A stretch of DNA of 63,818 nt, counting the filler, from Licmophora abbreviata (lineage: Eukaryota): assembly GCA_900291995.1 (NCBI GenBank). It is 4 parts of 4 records of this genome, joined end to end, with 100 filler letters (N's around TTAATTAATTAA, not from the genome) between each part and the next. Parts side by side here need not be neighbours in the genome. Positions count along the whole stretch, not along the records: positions 1 to 28,488 come from OLMU01000383.1; 3 more parts are not named here. One strand, 5' to 3'. Numbering within the stretch: position 1 is the first letter of the stretch; each line of letters opens with the position of its first letter. The notes under the pieces are model-generated. The model ran no database searches and was not told the DNA's origin. It saw only the letters and a program-made list of their open reading frames with translations. The translations under genes and the position numbers were made by a program. Positions 1 to 12,761 of this stretch are shown here, piece by piece.

Positions 1-20
1 CACACACACACACACACACA
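1..20. repeat. (CA)10 microsatellite at window edge
   Basis: cacacacacacacacacaca read directly; it may continue outside the window. Confidence 0.95.
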
Positions 21-78
21 GTATAAGCTTGTTCATGGAACACTCCTTTTATATCTGATTATATGCATTATGATGCAA

Positions 79-1985
79 TCAACCAAAAATGGACCTTCCG
101 TATCGAATCTTGAGCAAGTCGGCAATTTCACTTAGTTGCTCGAGAGCGAAATCCAAGTCTTCTCGTGTGTGCCCCGCCGACACGCAGAAGCGGGCCCGGC
201 ACGCTAGTACCGGTACAGCGGGAAAGCCCACCACAACCACGGCAAGTCCGCGCTTGAGGCATTCGCGTGAAAACGCGGCAATCATGGGTGGACTATACAG
301 CATGAGGGGGATGATGGGAGAATCGTAGTGTCCCAATAAGTGCATGCCCATATCCGCGAGGCGCATGCGAAAGTAGTTTGAGTTGTCGCGAAGTGCGCGA
401 AGCTTCTGTTTGCCAATGTCGGAGCCGTCCTCTCCCATTATTACCTGCCAAGTGAAATCATAGGGTAGAGCATCAAGTCAGATGAATTCGCGCCAGACAC
501 AGTGAAGGACACAACAAATACTAGCGGGCTACACACCTTGAAGCTGGAGATAATCTGTTGACACACGACGGGGCTCAACGAACTGTGGCATGCGCTTCCG
601 GCACATTCCCGTCTCAGGAAGGCAATCACATCCTTATCTGCCGCAATATATCCACCCATCCCACCAAAGCTCTTGGTGAAAGTTCCCATCATGATGTCAA
701 TATCGGCAGGATCCACCCCAGTGTATTCGGCACAGCCACGACCGGTGGGTCCCATGGCTCCAATGGAATGCGCCTCGTCCAAGTACGTGTACGCGCCGTA
801 CTGTTTCGCAAGACGCACCACATTCCTTAAATCACAATATTCTCCTTCCATGGAATAAATTCCTTCCACAATAATCAGAATCTTGTTCCATGGACGCCTC
901 GTTCGGGGCTGTCCCAAGACGATGGCTTCTTTCAGGATATCTTCCAGTTGTTGAATGTCATTGTGACGAAACGTTCGAATCGACGCTCCCGAGGCGCGTG
1001 CGCCATTGACAATGCTCGTGTGATTCAACTGATCACTTACAATCAAGTCTCCCTGATTCGTCAGCGCCGGAATGGTGGTGGCATTCGTGTTGAATCCCAT
1101 ATTCAAGGCAATGGCGTCTTCTTTTCCGACAAAGGATGCCACGGTTTCTTCGACTTGGCGATGAAGAGAGGTCGTCCCATATTCCACCCGACTGGAGGAA
1201 GTACTGACTGGAAATTCTTCCAGTGAGTCCATGACGCTACTACGACACGTGATATCCCAGTCATCGGCGAAGCCGAGATAGTTGTAGCTGCCGAGATTGA
1301 GACATTTGCGGGCGACGCGCGTGTTGGAGACTGTGTAGTGCTTGGAAAAGGCATACCGTTCCCATTGTTGAGAAGTACCCGTGAACGAGTCAGGTTTTCC
1401 CAGCATGTCCATCGTTTTGTTACCGTCAGCACTGACACGTTCCAGTATATCAATGCGAGCTGCAGGACGAGACGCCACGGGTCGATTGAAGCAGTCCTGA
1501 ATTCGGTGATAAATACGGCGAGTATAGAACGTTTCGATTGGTTTCAAAAGAGGCGCAAACTTGGAAAGGTCGTCAGACTGAAAGTCAGTTGCTCGTCTCG
1601 TATAGCGGCCCCTAAGAAATACTCGCGAGCAAAAGGACCGTGTGTATCCACAAAGTAGAATCAAAACATAGCTCAGGTAGGTAGTGTAACTGGCAAACCA
1701 TGATATACCGGTAAGTGTGTCTTCTTCCTCGTGGTGAGAGAGCGGCTTCGTAGGGCGGTCCGTACGAAAAGCGAAATGGGCACGATCCCGGGCGCTGAGG
1801 GCTTCCATGCGGTCGCGAACGTCAGAGTAGGTGTCGAGCTTCGTAGGATAGGAACTCGTCGAGAGAAGGGTTTCTGAGGCATCCGTCGAGTCGCTAGAGA
1901 CGGAGCAAAGCTCTAGAACTTCTGGGAGAGAAGGAGAGGAAGTCGATGCCCTCATCCTTTTCATCGTTGAAGTTACAGTTACCAT
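79..1985 (-). CDS. LCB2: Serine palmitoyltransferase catalytic subunit LCB2, paralog A (about 604 aa, 2 exons: 1985-537, 444-79)
   Basis: Motifs [40 protein letters not shown] and the PLP-lysine motif GTFTKSFG. The GT-AG intron 445-536 joins SSFK to VIMGEDG in frame. Start is taken as the ATG at 1985 (MVTVTST). Confidence 0.93.
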
Positions 1986-2755
1986 TCTTGGAGCGCACGA
2001 GTAGAATCTGGAGAGAAGATAGAAGCACAAATACGAAAGGGTGCCGACTCCGCCCAGTTTGGCTGTACCATTGCAATGATGTGGTTGCCCCGAAATAGCG
2101 AATAGTTTGGGCCTTGCGTGGTGGTTGACGACGCATAATAAGTGAACGCACAAGTCTCTCGCATCTCTCATAATCGCGAGGGTGGCAGGCGCGCTCGCCG
2201 ATTTTTGTCGGAGTTGAGTCGGTATTTACGATCTTCGTGATGCATTGTTGATATGGCTGAGACTGCTCCAGTCTAAAAGGAAAAAACGTAAATCAAAACG
2301 TAGGAGTATAGTTCATAATTTTATATTATTCGGATACGAATACTTATTTTCATACAACATGCTCTTTACTCGGTAGCTTAGGCCGGCTGGCCGTCATGAT
2401 AAAAACCCGGAACTATTTTGTTTTTTGCGCTTTTCCAACTGAAAATCCAAAAAAAATTTGACCCATTTTTTGTTTCTCTTGCTTGTGTGTGATGGCTGGC
2501 ATCATGGCTTCGGAAGAGATGACAAGCAAAGCAGTCGTTTCTTTTTGAAGCAACAGCTACTTGCACTGTTATCTGATCGCTTCCATTTCAACCTCTATGT
2601 CATCTTCGGACCTGCCGTCCCAAGTCTTTCGTCAACAAGGATCGATTCGAGCTCTGGTACACGCTCATTCAAATTCTAGTGCTTTCAAACACGGTACTCG
2701 TTTGAAAGAAGCACCGATAGAGTGCAGAGAGGCGGAGCCGCTCGTTGACGCTAGA

Positions 2756-4167
2756 ATGACGAATGAAGCTCCTGTTTCCAATGCCGTTCCCCCATACAAT
2801 ACTCATCATCAGCGAAAGAACTACTCCAACAAACATCGCAGAGGGAGCTCGGGATACACGGTGACGTATGATTCCTCGTCGCATGCCCAAGTACTATTTC
2901 AAATGTGGGGTAGTGTTTGGCCGAAAGTACTACCCTATTGTATCGTGAACGTGTGTATTGCGGGCACAATTCAAGTATTGAATTCCCTCGAAACGGTGGA
3001 TCTTACGATATCCGATGAAAGTCACACATTCATGAGTTTGCTGGTAGCGTTCCTGCTCGTATCCAGGGTGACTATTACCGTGAACCGGTACATGGAGGCA
3101 CGAGAGTGTTTGGGAATCATGGATCAGCAGGTGCGAGAGCTGCTTCAACATGTTAGCATACTGACACGCGGACGGGACGAACTACGGGACAAGGAATGGC
3201 GCAGTCAGGTCGCATACAGGACGCTCTTGTTATTTCGCGCCGTAATTGCTGTAATGGACTACGGGAGTGACCAGATCCCTGCTTGGGATATCCCCGAGCT
3301 GGATAGAGAGGAGAGACGTCAGTTGAAAGTGAATTTGTCGGGACCGAACCTAGGAGCTCGCTCGGTGCAAAGTGTACGGTGGATGCCAGTTGTGCATAGT
3401 GATCTTGAAGAATCTATGCGGGTACCGCTTGTTCTAGTCTACCAGTTACGATGCTGTCTAGACAATGGTCGAGAGCAGCTGAGCGCTCCCATGGATGAAT
3501 TACGAGCATTGAAGCTTTTTGAGACTGTCGACAAATTCATGGAGGGGTACTATGGGTGAGGCAGAGGGTCTGTAACTCGTTGGGCATCAGGCCGCTACAA
3601 GAACATATCTCTCATATCGCACCGTCGCCTGTCTGATCTTTGTACTTACTTGACATACCGGTCTCAGCATTCGAAAGTTTCTGACGACGCCCTTTCCTTT
3701 TCCCATGGTCCAAATGGCAAGAACTTTTCTCTTCTTTTATATCTTCACAGTTCCCTTTGCCTTGCTTTCGGATGTAAGCAGTCCCTATGCTCACTTGCTG
3801 GTAATCTTCATGATGACCTACGGCTTTGTAGGTCTTGAATTGGTGGCGATTGAGCTCGACGATCCCTTTGGCAACGACGCAAACGACTTTAAGAATCTAG
3901 CCTTTCTTCCATGTGAGTGTAACGCAATACCCTTGGACTGTTGAGGCGTTCGCTCCGTGTATCGTATGTGATTTTCTAACGCACTTGTTTTCTTGCACAA
4001 AGACAACGTGTGAAGACACATACATGCTCGTTACCATGGTGGACGGGGAGAAGTACACAAAGAAGCTGCGTTTCAGCATGCGGAAAACGACACATCTGAA
4101 CGAAGCACAGGACGAGGAGGAGTCGGGCCATAATGAGAGAACCTTGCTTTTGGGCCAAAAATACTAG
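2756..4167 (+). CDS. Bestrophin/UPF0187-family anion channel, no plastid presequence (3 exons)
   Basis: GSVWPKVLPY, LLVAFLLVSR..NRYMEAR, TTPFPFPMVQMARTFLF, ELDDPFGNDANDF. Intron 3556-3667 is in phase. The second intron starts at 3913 and its acceptor is ambiguous (see findings). Confidence 0.85.
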
Positions 4168-4373
4168 TGGGGCATGTACTTCGTGGTCCGGCGCGTCTTC
4201 TTAGCTTACCTTGTCTACTAGCCAGCTATCGGTCGATAAGTTTTAACAAACGAAAAGAAGGTTAATGTTTCTTATGTTTAGGTCGAGTAGTCAATTCAAT
4301 GGTTCTTTCAGCGCCGCCCGTTATTCGTCAAACTGTAGTCTCAAGTCAAAACAAATATTGCTTGTGGCTCTCT

Positions 4374-6301
4374 TCATCCAAACGTGGATCGAGCGTACCG
4401 CAGCTTCAAGAGACCGGCGATCTCGTCAATTTCTTCCAGTGCACGGTCCAAATCCTCTCTCGTATGACCTGCCGAAATGCAGAAACGGGCCCGAGACATG
4501 AGAATTGGTACCGCAGGAAAGCCGACAACCACGACGGCAAGACCTCGCTTCATGCATTCCCGTGAGAACGCTGCAATCTTCGTGGGGTTGTAGAGCATGA
4601 CGGGCATAATGGGAGAGTCGTAGTGACCCAAAACGTGAAGGCCCATCTCAGTTAGGCGCATTCGGAAGTAGTTGGAATTATCGCGGAGCGCCTGCAGCTT
4701 TTGCTTGCCAATGTCTGTTCCATCTTCTCCCATGATAACCTACAAGATGCGCGACAGGAGGCAGTGAGCATATGCGCCTAGATCTACTCGAACAGAAATA
4801 CAAGGGAAAGACTTACCTTCAAACTGGTGATGATCTGCTGGCACACGACGGGGCTCAGCGAGTTGTGGTATGAGCTCCCCGCACATTTCTGCCTCAGGAA
4901 CGCAATCACATCCTTATCTGCCGCAATATATCCGCCCATCCCACCAAAGCTCTTGGTGAACGTTCCCATCATGATGTCGATATCGGCAGGATCAACTCCA
5001 GTGTACTCGGCACAGCCTCGTCCCGTCGGTCCCATGGCTCCAATGGAATGCGCCTCGTCCAAGTACGTGTACGCGCCGTACTGTTTCGCAAGACGCACCA
5101 CATTCCTCAAATCACAGTATTCTCCTTCCATGGAGTAAATTCCTTCCACAATAATCAGAATCTTGTTCCATGGACGCCTTGAACGAGGCTGACCCAGAAC
5201 AATTGCTTCTTTAAGGATCTGTTCAAGGTCCACCATATCATTGTGCCGAAACGTCCGAATGGATGCTCCAGACGACCGAGCGCCGTTTACAATGCTCGTA
5301 TGATTCAACTGGTCGCTAATGAGCAAGTCTCCACGCGTCACGAGGGCAGGGATAGTCGTGGCATTTGTATTGAACCCCATATTGAGAACCATGGCTTCCT
5401 CTTTTTGGAGAAAGCGTGAGACAGTCGTCTCGACTTGGCGATGGAGAGACGTCGTACCGAACTCGGAGCGACTCGATCCAGCGCTGACGGGAAGATCGCC
5501 CAGGGATGCAATGACATCGTCTTGACAGGTGACGTTCCAGTCGTCGGCGAAGCCGAGATAGTTGTAGCTGCCGAGATTGAGACAGTGACGCGCCACCCGG
5601 CCTCCCGACATGGCTTGATAATGCTCGCCGCATGCGTAGAGGTTCTTTTGGCGACGTGTATCAAGATTGTCCAACGGTCCCAAGAGTTCCATGGTCTTGT
5701 TGCGATCAGAACTTACACGTTCTAACACGGCAATGTGCGCACCAGGATTAGAGGCAATCGGGCGATTGAAGCAGTCCTGAATGCGATGGTACAAACGCCT
5801 CGTGTAGAAATTCTCCCAGCTCTTGAGGAGAGGGGCAAAGTGCCTCAGGTTGTCGCTGGAAAACTCGGTATGCTTGCGAAGATAGCGTCCGCGACCGAGA
5901 ACCTTGGCCAAGATGTCCAGAAAGTGTCCACAGCCGATCAAGACAGCATAGCCCAGGTAGGTAGTGTATGCAGCAAAGAAGGGAATCTCTGGTTCGGAGG
6001 CATGCTGCTCCTCGGGGGTCCTCTTGGCGTTATCGTGATACGCAAAGAGAGCCTTGTCCTTGGCCGATAGACCTTCCAGACGTTTCCGTACATCGGCGTA
6101 GGTATCACTCGTGCCATCGACAGCGGGATGGTGGAACTCTTCCGACGACTCGGACGTTTCCGACGAGGTCACTGATGACGAGCACACTTCTCCGTCTGGA
6201 GGAGAGTCGTCGGAAGCAGCGTCCAGGAATGAAGAATGGGGAGTGGGATCGTCGTTCTCTAGGACAATCGCCTTTCTCTGGGATGCTGTTGTTGCTGTCA
6301 T
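4374..6301 (-). CDS. LCB2: Serine palmitoyltransferase catalytic subunit LCB2, paralog B (about 616 aa, 2 exons: 6301-4817, 4739-4374)
   Basis: Same motifs as paralog A, including GTFTKSFG. Intron 4740-4816 sits at the identical codon position (SLK|VIMGEDG). Confidence 0.94.
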
Positions 6302-7006
6302 TGCACGGACTGAACGCAGAATGATACTGTTGAGGAGAAGTGAGACTTGTGAAATTGAGTTCTCAAAGTATGGTCGCGCGAGTCGTATTCGCTCCTGGGA
6401 ATTCTCAAGTCCAATTCTTCGTCGTTTCAGCTTCTTTCAGCGAGATCAAGGCACCTGAGGGCTTCCTTCTGTTCAACGAAGCTGTCGCAGCGCGTCAAGA
6501 GACTGTTCGAGGGGTGGTAAATAAGATAGGAAAGACAACAATCCTCCACACAATGACGCTGCTGACTCCCCCGCACGTAGTTATCGTGCAAAATGGTACA
6601 ACACGGTTCTACAACACCCGTTGTGATGGTGACGCGACCACGTGTCGTAGATTTTGTACCACGTTCTACCAAAATTTGGTGGAGAAAATGTCTGGCTGGT
6701 CACGGTAAACAACTGCGTGGAGCGTTGATTTGAAACGGTATCTGGGGCGCCGGACAGCCAATCATCGAAATCGGCGTTGAGTATTCTGTATACGATAATT
6801 AATTTATATTACGCGCTGAATACGCTATATCACTTGTTCTCGCCAGAAAAAAAAAGAATGTGGCGATGACGTTTTGATACTTTTCCGTGTTTTTCGAATG
6901 CGAAGCCCCGCCAAAAGGTGTCATAATCTCACAACTTGACATATCATCGCTTGGTACATCAGCGTCAAGAGATCCTCGTTGTAGAACAAGAAGCCAGACC
7001 ATCATC

Positions 7007-9481
7007 ATGAGCAGCAGTCGAGAAAAGGACGTGGAGGAGGCTGTCGAGGTGGGGGGAGACGAGAATAGTAATCGGTATGAAACGAAGGAACAGCCTTTGG
7101 AGACGAAGAGCGAGAACAACAGTGGCCATCAGCAGGACGAGAATAAGAAGAGCAAAGATTTCCGTGAATCGACCATTGATGACCCGTTCGAGATACGCCA
7201 AGGAAAGAATTTGACATGGAGATCTGTCAATATGACACTGGTGGGCAAGAAAAAGACTCCTGATCGAAAAATCCTAGACAGTGTGTGGGGTGAGGTTCCC
7301 AAGAAGGAAACGACGGCGATCATGGGACCGTCTGGAGCGGTAAGCCTTTTCCGTGGTTAACGACCAGGAGTGCTGTCATCGGTTCTCGGCTAAGCCTCTT
7401 GCTGTCCGATTTGCAGGGCAAGACGTCGCTACTTAACATTCTGTCAGGACGCTGTTCGTCCAGCGCCAAGATTACGATCGACGCCGACGTGCGTCTCAAC
7501 AACTACGCCGTCGATCCTTCCGACATTGACGTGCGCAAGCAGATTGCGTACGTGTCGCAAGAGGATTCCTTGCACGTTGCGTCTACGCCACGTGAGTGCA
7601 TCAAGTTCTCGGCGAAACTTCGATTGCCGCGATCCATGACGGACGAACAGTTGGATAACATAACGCAGAGGATGCTGGAGGAACTTGGCTTGTTGCAGTG
7701 CGCAGGTGAGTAACGGATGGGGCACCGTGCATTCTCTGATATGACATTTAGCAGTCCTAGTTGGTTGACAACGCGTTTTCGTCGTGTCGTATGGCAAGCG
7801 TGTAGACACCATTGTCGGGGGAGGACTCTTGAAGGGGATTAGCGGAGGAGAACGAAAGAGAACCGGTGTAGGAGTGGAGCTCGTTACGAAACCCGCCATG
7901 GTTTTTCTGGACGAGCCGACTTCAGGGCTGGACAGTTTTAGTGCCGTTCAGCTCTGTCAGGTGCTCAAGAGTGTGGCCAAGGCGGGTGCTAGTGTATTGT
8001 TCACGATTCATCAGCCAGCGTCCGAAATCTTCGATTCGTTTGATCATTTGATCCTCCTCAATTACGGTTGCGTCATGTACGAAGGCTCTGTGGAACAGGT
8101 GCCAGACTACTTTGAAGCACGAGGCCAGCCTCTCCCACCGAAATACAACCCGGCCGACTGGATAATGGTAGGTTTTTGGGGATTCAAGGTCGTATTCAAG
8201 TGGCTACGCTCAGATTTTCACTCTGCATCCTTTCTATAGATTGTGGCCCAGACCCTGAAGAAGGAGCAGCTAGATTCTGACGGTTTCTTCCAGGAGGACA
8301 CTCGCGACATGACTGCAGTCGGGTTCTCTGCGGAAGGCGAAGATGACAGAGATGCACTGGGTATAACGCGGAAGGGTGAGCGAGCGTCGAAGGGCGAGCG
8401 GCACCCGAACATACTAACTCAGATTCGGTTGATGGTGCGACGTGATATTAAGTCTCTGTACAGAGACAAGAAGGTTCTTGGAGCGCGACTGTTTCTCACT
8501 GGATTCATGTCAGTCCTGATTGGTATTCTGTTCTGGAAAGTTGGAGAAACTGACCCGAACTCAAGGGCCGTAAGTGCATTCGGGTTGAGCTTGTGGACGG
8601 CGGTGTGAACGGAAGAATTCACCTCTTTTGCCATTTCTCTCCTCCAGAATCTAAACTCCCACTTTGGCGCTACCCTCGTCGTCTGTCTATCGTCGATGTT
8701 CGGTAGCGCTCTTCCAAGTCTCTTGGTTTGGGCCGATGAGCGACCTGTGTTCCTTCGAGAGTACTCAACTAACCATTACTCAGCCCCGGCCTATTTTGCG
8801 TCTCGGCTAGCAATGGAACTCCTCATTACGGCAATCCAGATGACGCTGTTGGTGCGTGCTCACGTAGCAACGAAACGTATTAGGCTCGTTGGTGTGATTA
8901 AGCTGTATTGCTCACTAGAATTGCTCTCCCCCGGTTGCTGTATATCCGAGCAGGCTTTAGTCACCTATTTCATGGTTGGTTTTCTTATGGGCTTTGGCGG
9001 GATGCTGATTATTCTCTACACACTTGCCATGACCAGTACCGCGAGTGAGTCCAATCAAACATCCAAAATTGTTCCTACATTGTCATGTTTTGATAGCTGA
9101 CACCGTCTTTCACTGCTTTTTTGTTCTACGTCAGTCGCTGTTCTTCTGGGCTCTGGAATCGAGGACATGAAACTAGCAATGGAGTTTCTACCGCTCTGCT
9201 TTGTACCACAGATGCTGTTTGCTGGTTTCTTCGTTGCTCCAGAGCTCATCCCAGTGTGGATTCGATGGGTCATGTGGATTATGCCACTCACATATAGCGT
9301 GAGGTTGTTTATGGAGCAAGAGTTTGGCGACTGCGGTCCTACCTGTACTGCGCTTCTAGATGATTTGAACATTGATTCAGATGACGTATGGTGGTATTGG
9401 CTGGCCTTGCTGGGACTGTTCGCTCTCTTCCGACTCACCGCCTTGGGTATCATCACGAGAAAGGCAAAGCATTTCTACTAG
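7007..9481 (+). CDS. Half-size ABCG (White-type) transporter, NBD-TMD, multi-exon
   Basis: Walker A GPSGA|GKTS across intron 7340-7416, signature ISGGERKR, Walker B FLDEPTSGLDS, H-loop TIHQP, NPADW, ERPVFLREY, and a C-terminal TMD (PQMLFAGFFV..IPVWIRW). Confidence 0.93.
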
Positions 9482-9779
9482 CTACCTGGTACATGGCACG
9501 ATAAAGGCAGAGAGATGTTGTGCTTCACGTGACTCGACACACTCATTAGCGCTGCAGTTGTACCGGTACATGCTGACGTGAAGGTTCTCAAGGAGTTGGG
9601 TGGTAGAGCAGTCAGAGAGAAACATCCCTCGTTTCCGTAGCTTGTAAAGTATGATAACTCTGTCTGTTGGCAATCTTTGGTTTTGATTCATTCTTTAGTT
9701 TACTGAAATCCAGACATAAGGCGTGTTGCCACTTGTGCGAGTGCTAGTGTTCGCATCATAAACGAAGGCGCTCATCCAT

Positions 9780-11816
9780 CTATTGAGCCTGATTATCACA
9801 CTCTCCAAGGCGCTCAGAGCACTCCGGGGAGAAGTGGAACATAGCGAGCAAGAAGGTTCCGGCGTACAGGCACAAAACAGTAGATGGGAAACCGAACGGA
9901 GCATGACGCTCTGATGTGAACGTACGGTCGCCGACCTTGGCAGCCTGGAAGGCAACAATCATATTGGCGGCAGAGCCAAGCATGGTTAAGTTACCGGCAA
10001 TGGTGGCAGAGAAAGACACCTGGAGCCAGTCGTACGGGCTGGCGTACGGGAAGGTGGCGGCGAGCATCTGGCACACAGGCACGTTGGATGCAATGTTGGA
10101 AAGAATGGTGACAATCATGACGAACCAGTACACACATGCGCCTTCTGTCATTTGATCAGCACATCCGCCCATGGTAATGTTGAAGAATGCTTGAGGGACG
10201 CCCGTATCATCAAAGGATCCGATAAGGATAAACTGTCCAATGAAAAGCATGAGTAGACCGTAATCGACCTCGGTAAGGGTGGTCTCGGATTCGGTGACAA
10301 GCTCTTCCTCTTCGGGTTCGATCTCGTTTCCATCCATGTCGTACATCTTTTTTGGTGGAAGAGGGTTTCCTCTGTAGAAGTAGCAAGGGGCGTGAGGCTG
10401 TTAGAAAACCGAGTCGACGCACCGATACGGGGGACACAATTCAAGGTGTTATCTGACTTACTCGGCGTCGTATTCTGTGTTGTCCGGCTTGGGGTCGTAG
10501 TGCTGACGCTTGTACGAGGCAATTACCATGAGGGTGGCACCAGCGGAAATAGAGACGACACACACATCAAAACCAAGAGCAAAGAACACCAAGAACAGAA
10601 GGACGACGACGACCTGGATCTTGGACCAGATGGACCATCCGTGGCTGGTCTCCTCCTCTTCCCGGCCCTCCTTGGCGGCGGCCTGACGCGCGTAGTAGGC
10701 ATGCTCCTGGGCAAGCATCTCCGGGGTCCGGTTTCCCGCGAGAATGATTCCAATGTTCTCAACTGGTCCAGACGAACCTGGGAATAGCTCGGATCCGTAG
10801 TAGACGAGCATCATGGCGCTGTTGATGATCGTAGCGGCAGTGACGGGGAGAAGCATATTGGAGGCGAACTCGATCCAACCAATGTCATCGTAGGCGAGCG
10901 ACACAATAAGGATATTCTGCGGGTTACCAGTCATGGTCAAAGCAGATCCAATGTTGGCGGTAGTGGCCAACGAGAGAAGGTAGGGAAGCGAGTTGGCGAC
11001 CTTGTGGCGAACGCAGAGGTCGACGACGACACCAGAGAAGATAAGAACAACGGAATCGTTCATGACAGCGGCAGATCCAACAGTAGACATAGCCATGATC
11101 TTGGCTGAGCGCTTCCAGTTGACAGGATCGTCGAGGGAGTCGCGGAGCTTATCAAAAAGACCTCCTCGCTCCATCTTCTCGAGATAGATTGTGGTAAGCA
11201 TCAAACCAAAGAGCAAGAAGAGCGGTTCCAGAATCATCACACGCTCGGCATCAAAGTACGGACCCTGTCCAGAGACCTGCAAGATGTAGCGCCAGACCAC
11301 CATGGAGAGGCCGCCGCCAAGGGCGATACCGGGACGTCCAATGGGGAGGAACCAGTTCGGGAACATAAGGAAGACCCAGAAGCCGAAGTAGATGACGGAC
11401 ACAGACCACTTTCCGAAGGCAGTGAACTGGTCAGACACATCGATGTGGACGTACTCGCCTAGGTATCGATGGCGACGGCGGGTGTATTCCATGTTTCCAC
11501 CCTCCTCCTCGCTAAGGTTTCGGGATCCAAAGCTGCGTCCCATCCTGCGGTCGGCGGTGGCGTCAAAGTCCATCTCGAGGACAGCGGCGGTCCGAGCGTC
11601 AGAGAGATTTCGGCGATTAATGTGTTTCTCGCTTAGAGCAGGTATCTTAGAGCCAGTTGGTCCCAAGAGGGTCGCGTTGATGGCAAGGACAAGGGCCATG
11701 GCAAGCATGGCAGGTCCCCACGTGCGAAGCGAGGAAGCCTTCTTGGCGACCACAATCTTGCGCTCAGCGACGACGGCCGAAGCCGCGTGGCTTTCTTCGT
11801 CGTAAAGAGAAGACAT
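9780..11816 (-). CDS. Lsi2-like silicon efflux / ArsB-CitMHS family transporter (about 648 aa; exons 11816-10462, 10371-9780)
   Basis: PIGRPGIALGG, LFLLFGLM, MNDSVVLIF, PYLLSLATTANIGSALTMTGNPQNILI, VDYGLLMLFIGQFI, LSNIASNVP and TIAGNLTMLGSAANMIVA match the Lsi2/ArsB motif set. Intron 10372-10461 is in phase (DAE GNP). Confidence 0.88.
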
Positions 11817-12761
11817 GCTTGTCCGCTGTCACAAGAGGTCGAAGGAGGGGGAAAGTGTGAGACGAGATTGCCGATGAATTGGATGGATCGTCATACATTT
11901 CAGTGAAAACGAGAACGCATCGCCAAAGCTATGCGTTGAACCGAGAAGGGGTATTGCACGCTTGCCAGGGGCAATTTGATCGATTCCAAGGGTCTCCACC
12001 AATGCAAGGATCAGCCCTCATGTAAACATGGCGAGAATCAGCCGCAAAAAACTACAGCGCCCCGCTTCTGTGACCCTTCTTGCTGAATCTTGTGTAGTGG
12101 AAAGGACAAGCGCGACACAAAGTGCACGACGCTTTTGTCAAGACCTTTGCACGGGTTTGTGGAGCCCGCCTTCCACGCTGCTTCACACGATCACCATCAT
12201 GATTACGACCGACTTCTCTGCCTTCTACAAACCCATCCACAAGTCAAAATCGGATGCAACAACATGGCGCTTACCGACAAGAGGGTTCCAATGATGATGT
12301 GAAGGATGCAAGGTTGACTGCGGTTCGCACTCGCCGGATTTTTCCCACGGGAGTCGGCCTAGAAGAAAACTGCCCTACAGTTCCGGTTATACAAGGAGCC
12401 GTAAGCGACGGTTACTTAGCGAATTTTGGAGATGCGCGCGGCAATGACGTATAAGTGGCCATATACAAATAGAAAAGTTTGGATGGCTTTCCAAACGATA
12501 GTCGAGCTATTCAAATGCCAGCAACGTCATTGGGAAAATAGCTTTCACTATGTACTACCTTCAACTCTGAAGTAAGCTTCATGAATCCCATAACGGTTTT
12601 CCGAACACCAAGTTCAAAGTCAAGGAAAGCGATCAATGAGTGGAGTCGATTGAGTCGTACCTTTTCGCGCTTCGAGCTCTGCAAATAATTCTATCGTGAT
12701 GATGAGATGGCAGTTCAGTTCCGAAAAACATAAAAACTCATTGCGGAAGACCTTACTCACC

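Noticed and set aside
1..20. CA tract as a telomere
   Set aside because: Simple dinucleotide microsatellite, not a TTAGGG-type repeat.
1986..2171. N-terminal extensions from the ORF track (LCB2-A from 2171, and similar non-ATG starts at 2561, 6887, 16386 and 51131)
   Set aside because: These are mostly alternative-codon starts from a prokaryote-style caller. Downstream ATGs in good context fit the eukaryotic genes better.
12445..12529. Isolated TGACGT/ACGTCA hexamers in the Lsi2-TRAPPC13 promoter (also at 25156)
   Set aside because: Hexamers occur often by chance. Without full palindromes or expression data they cannot be supported.
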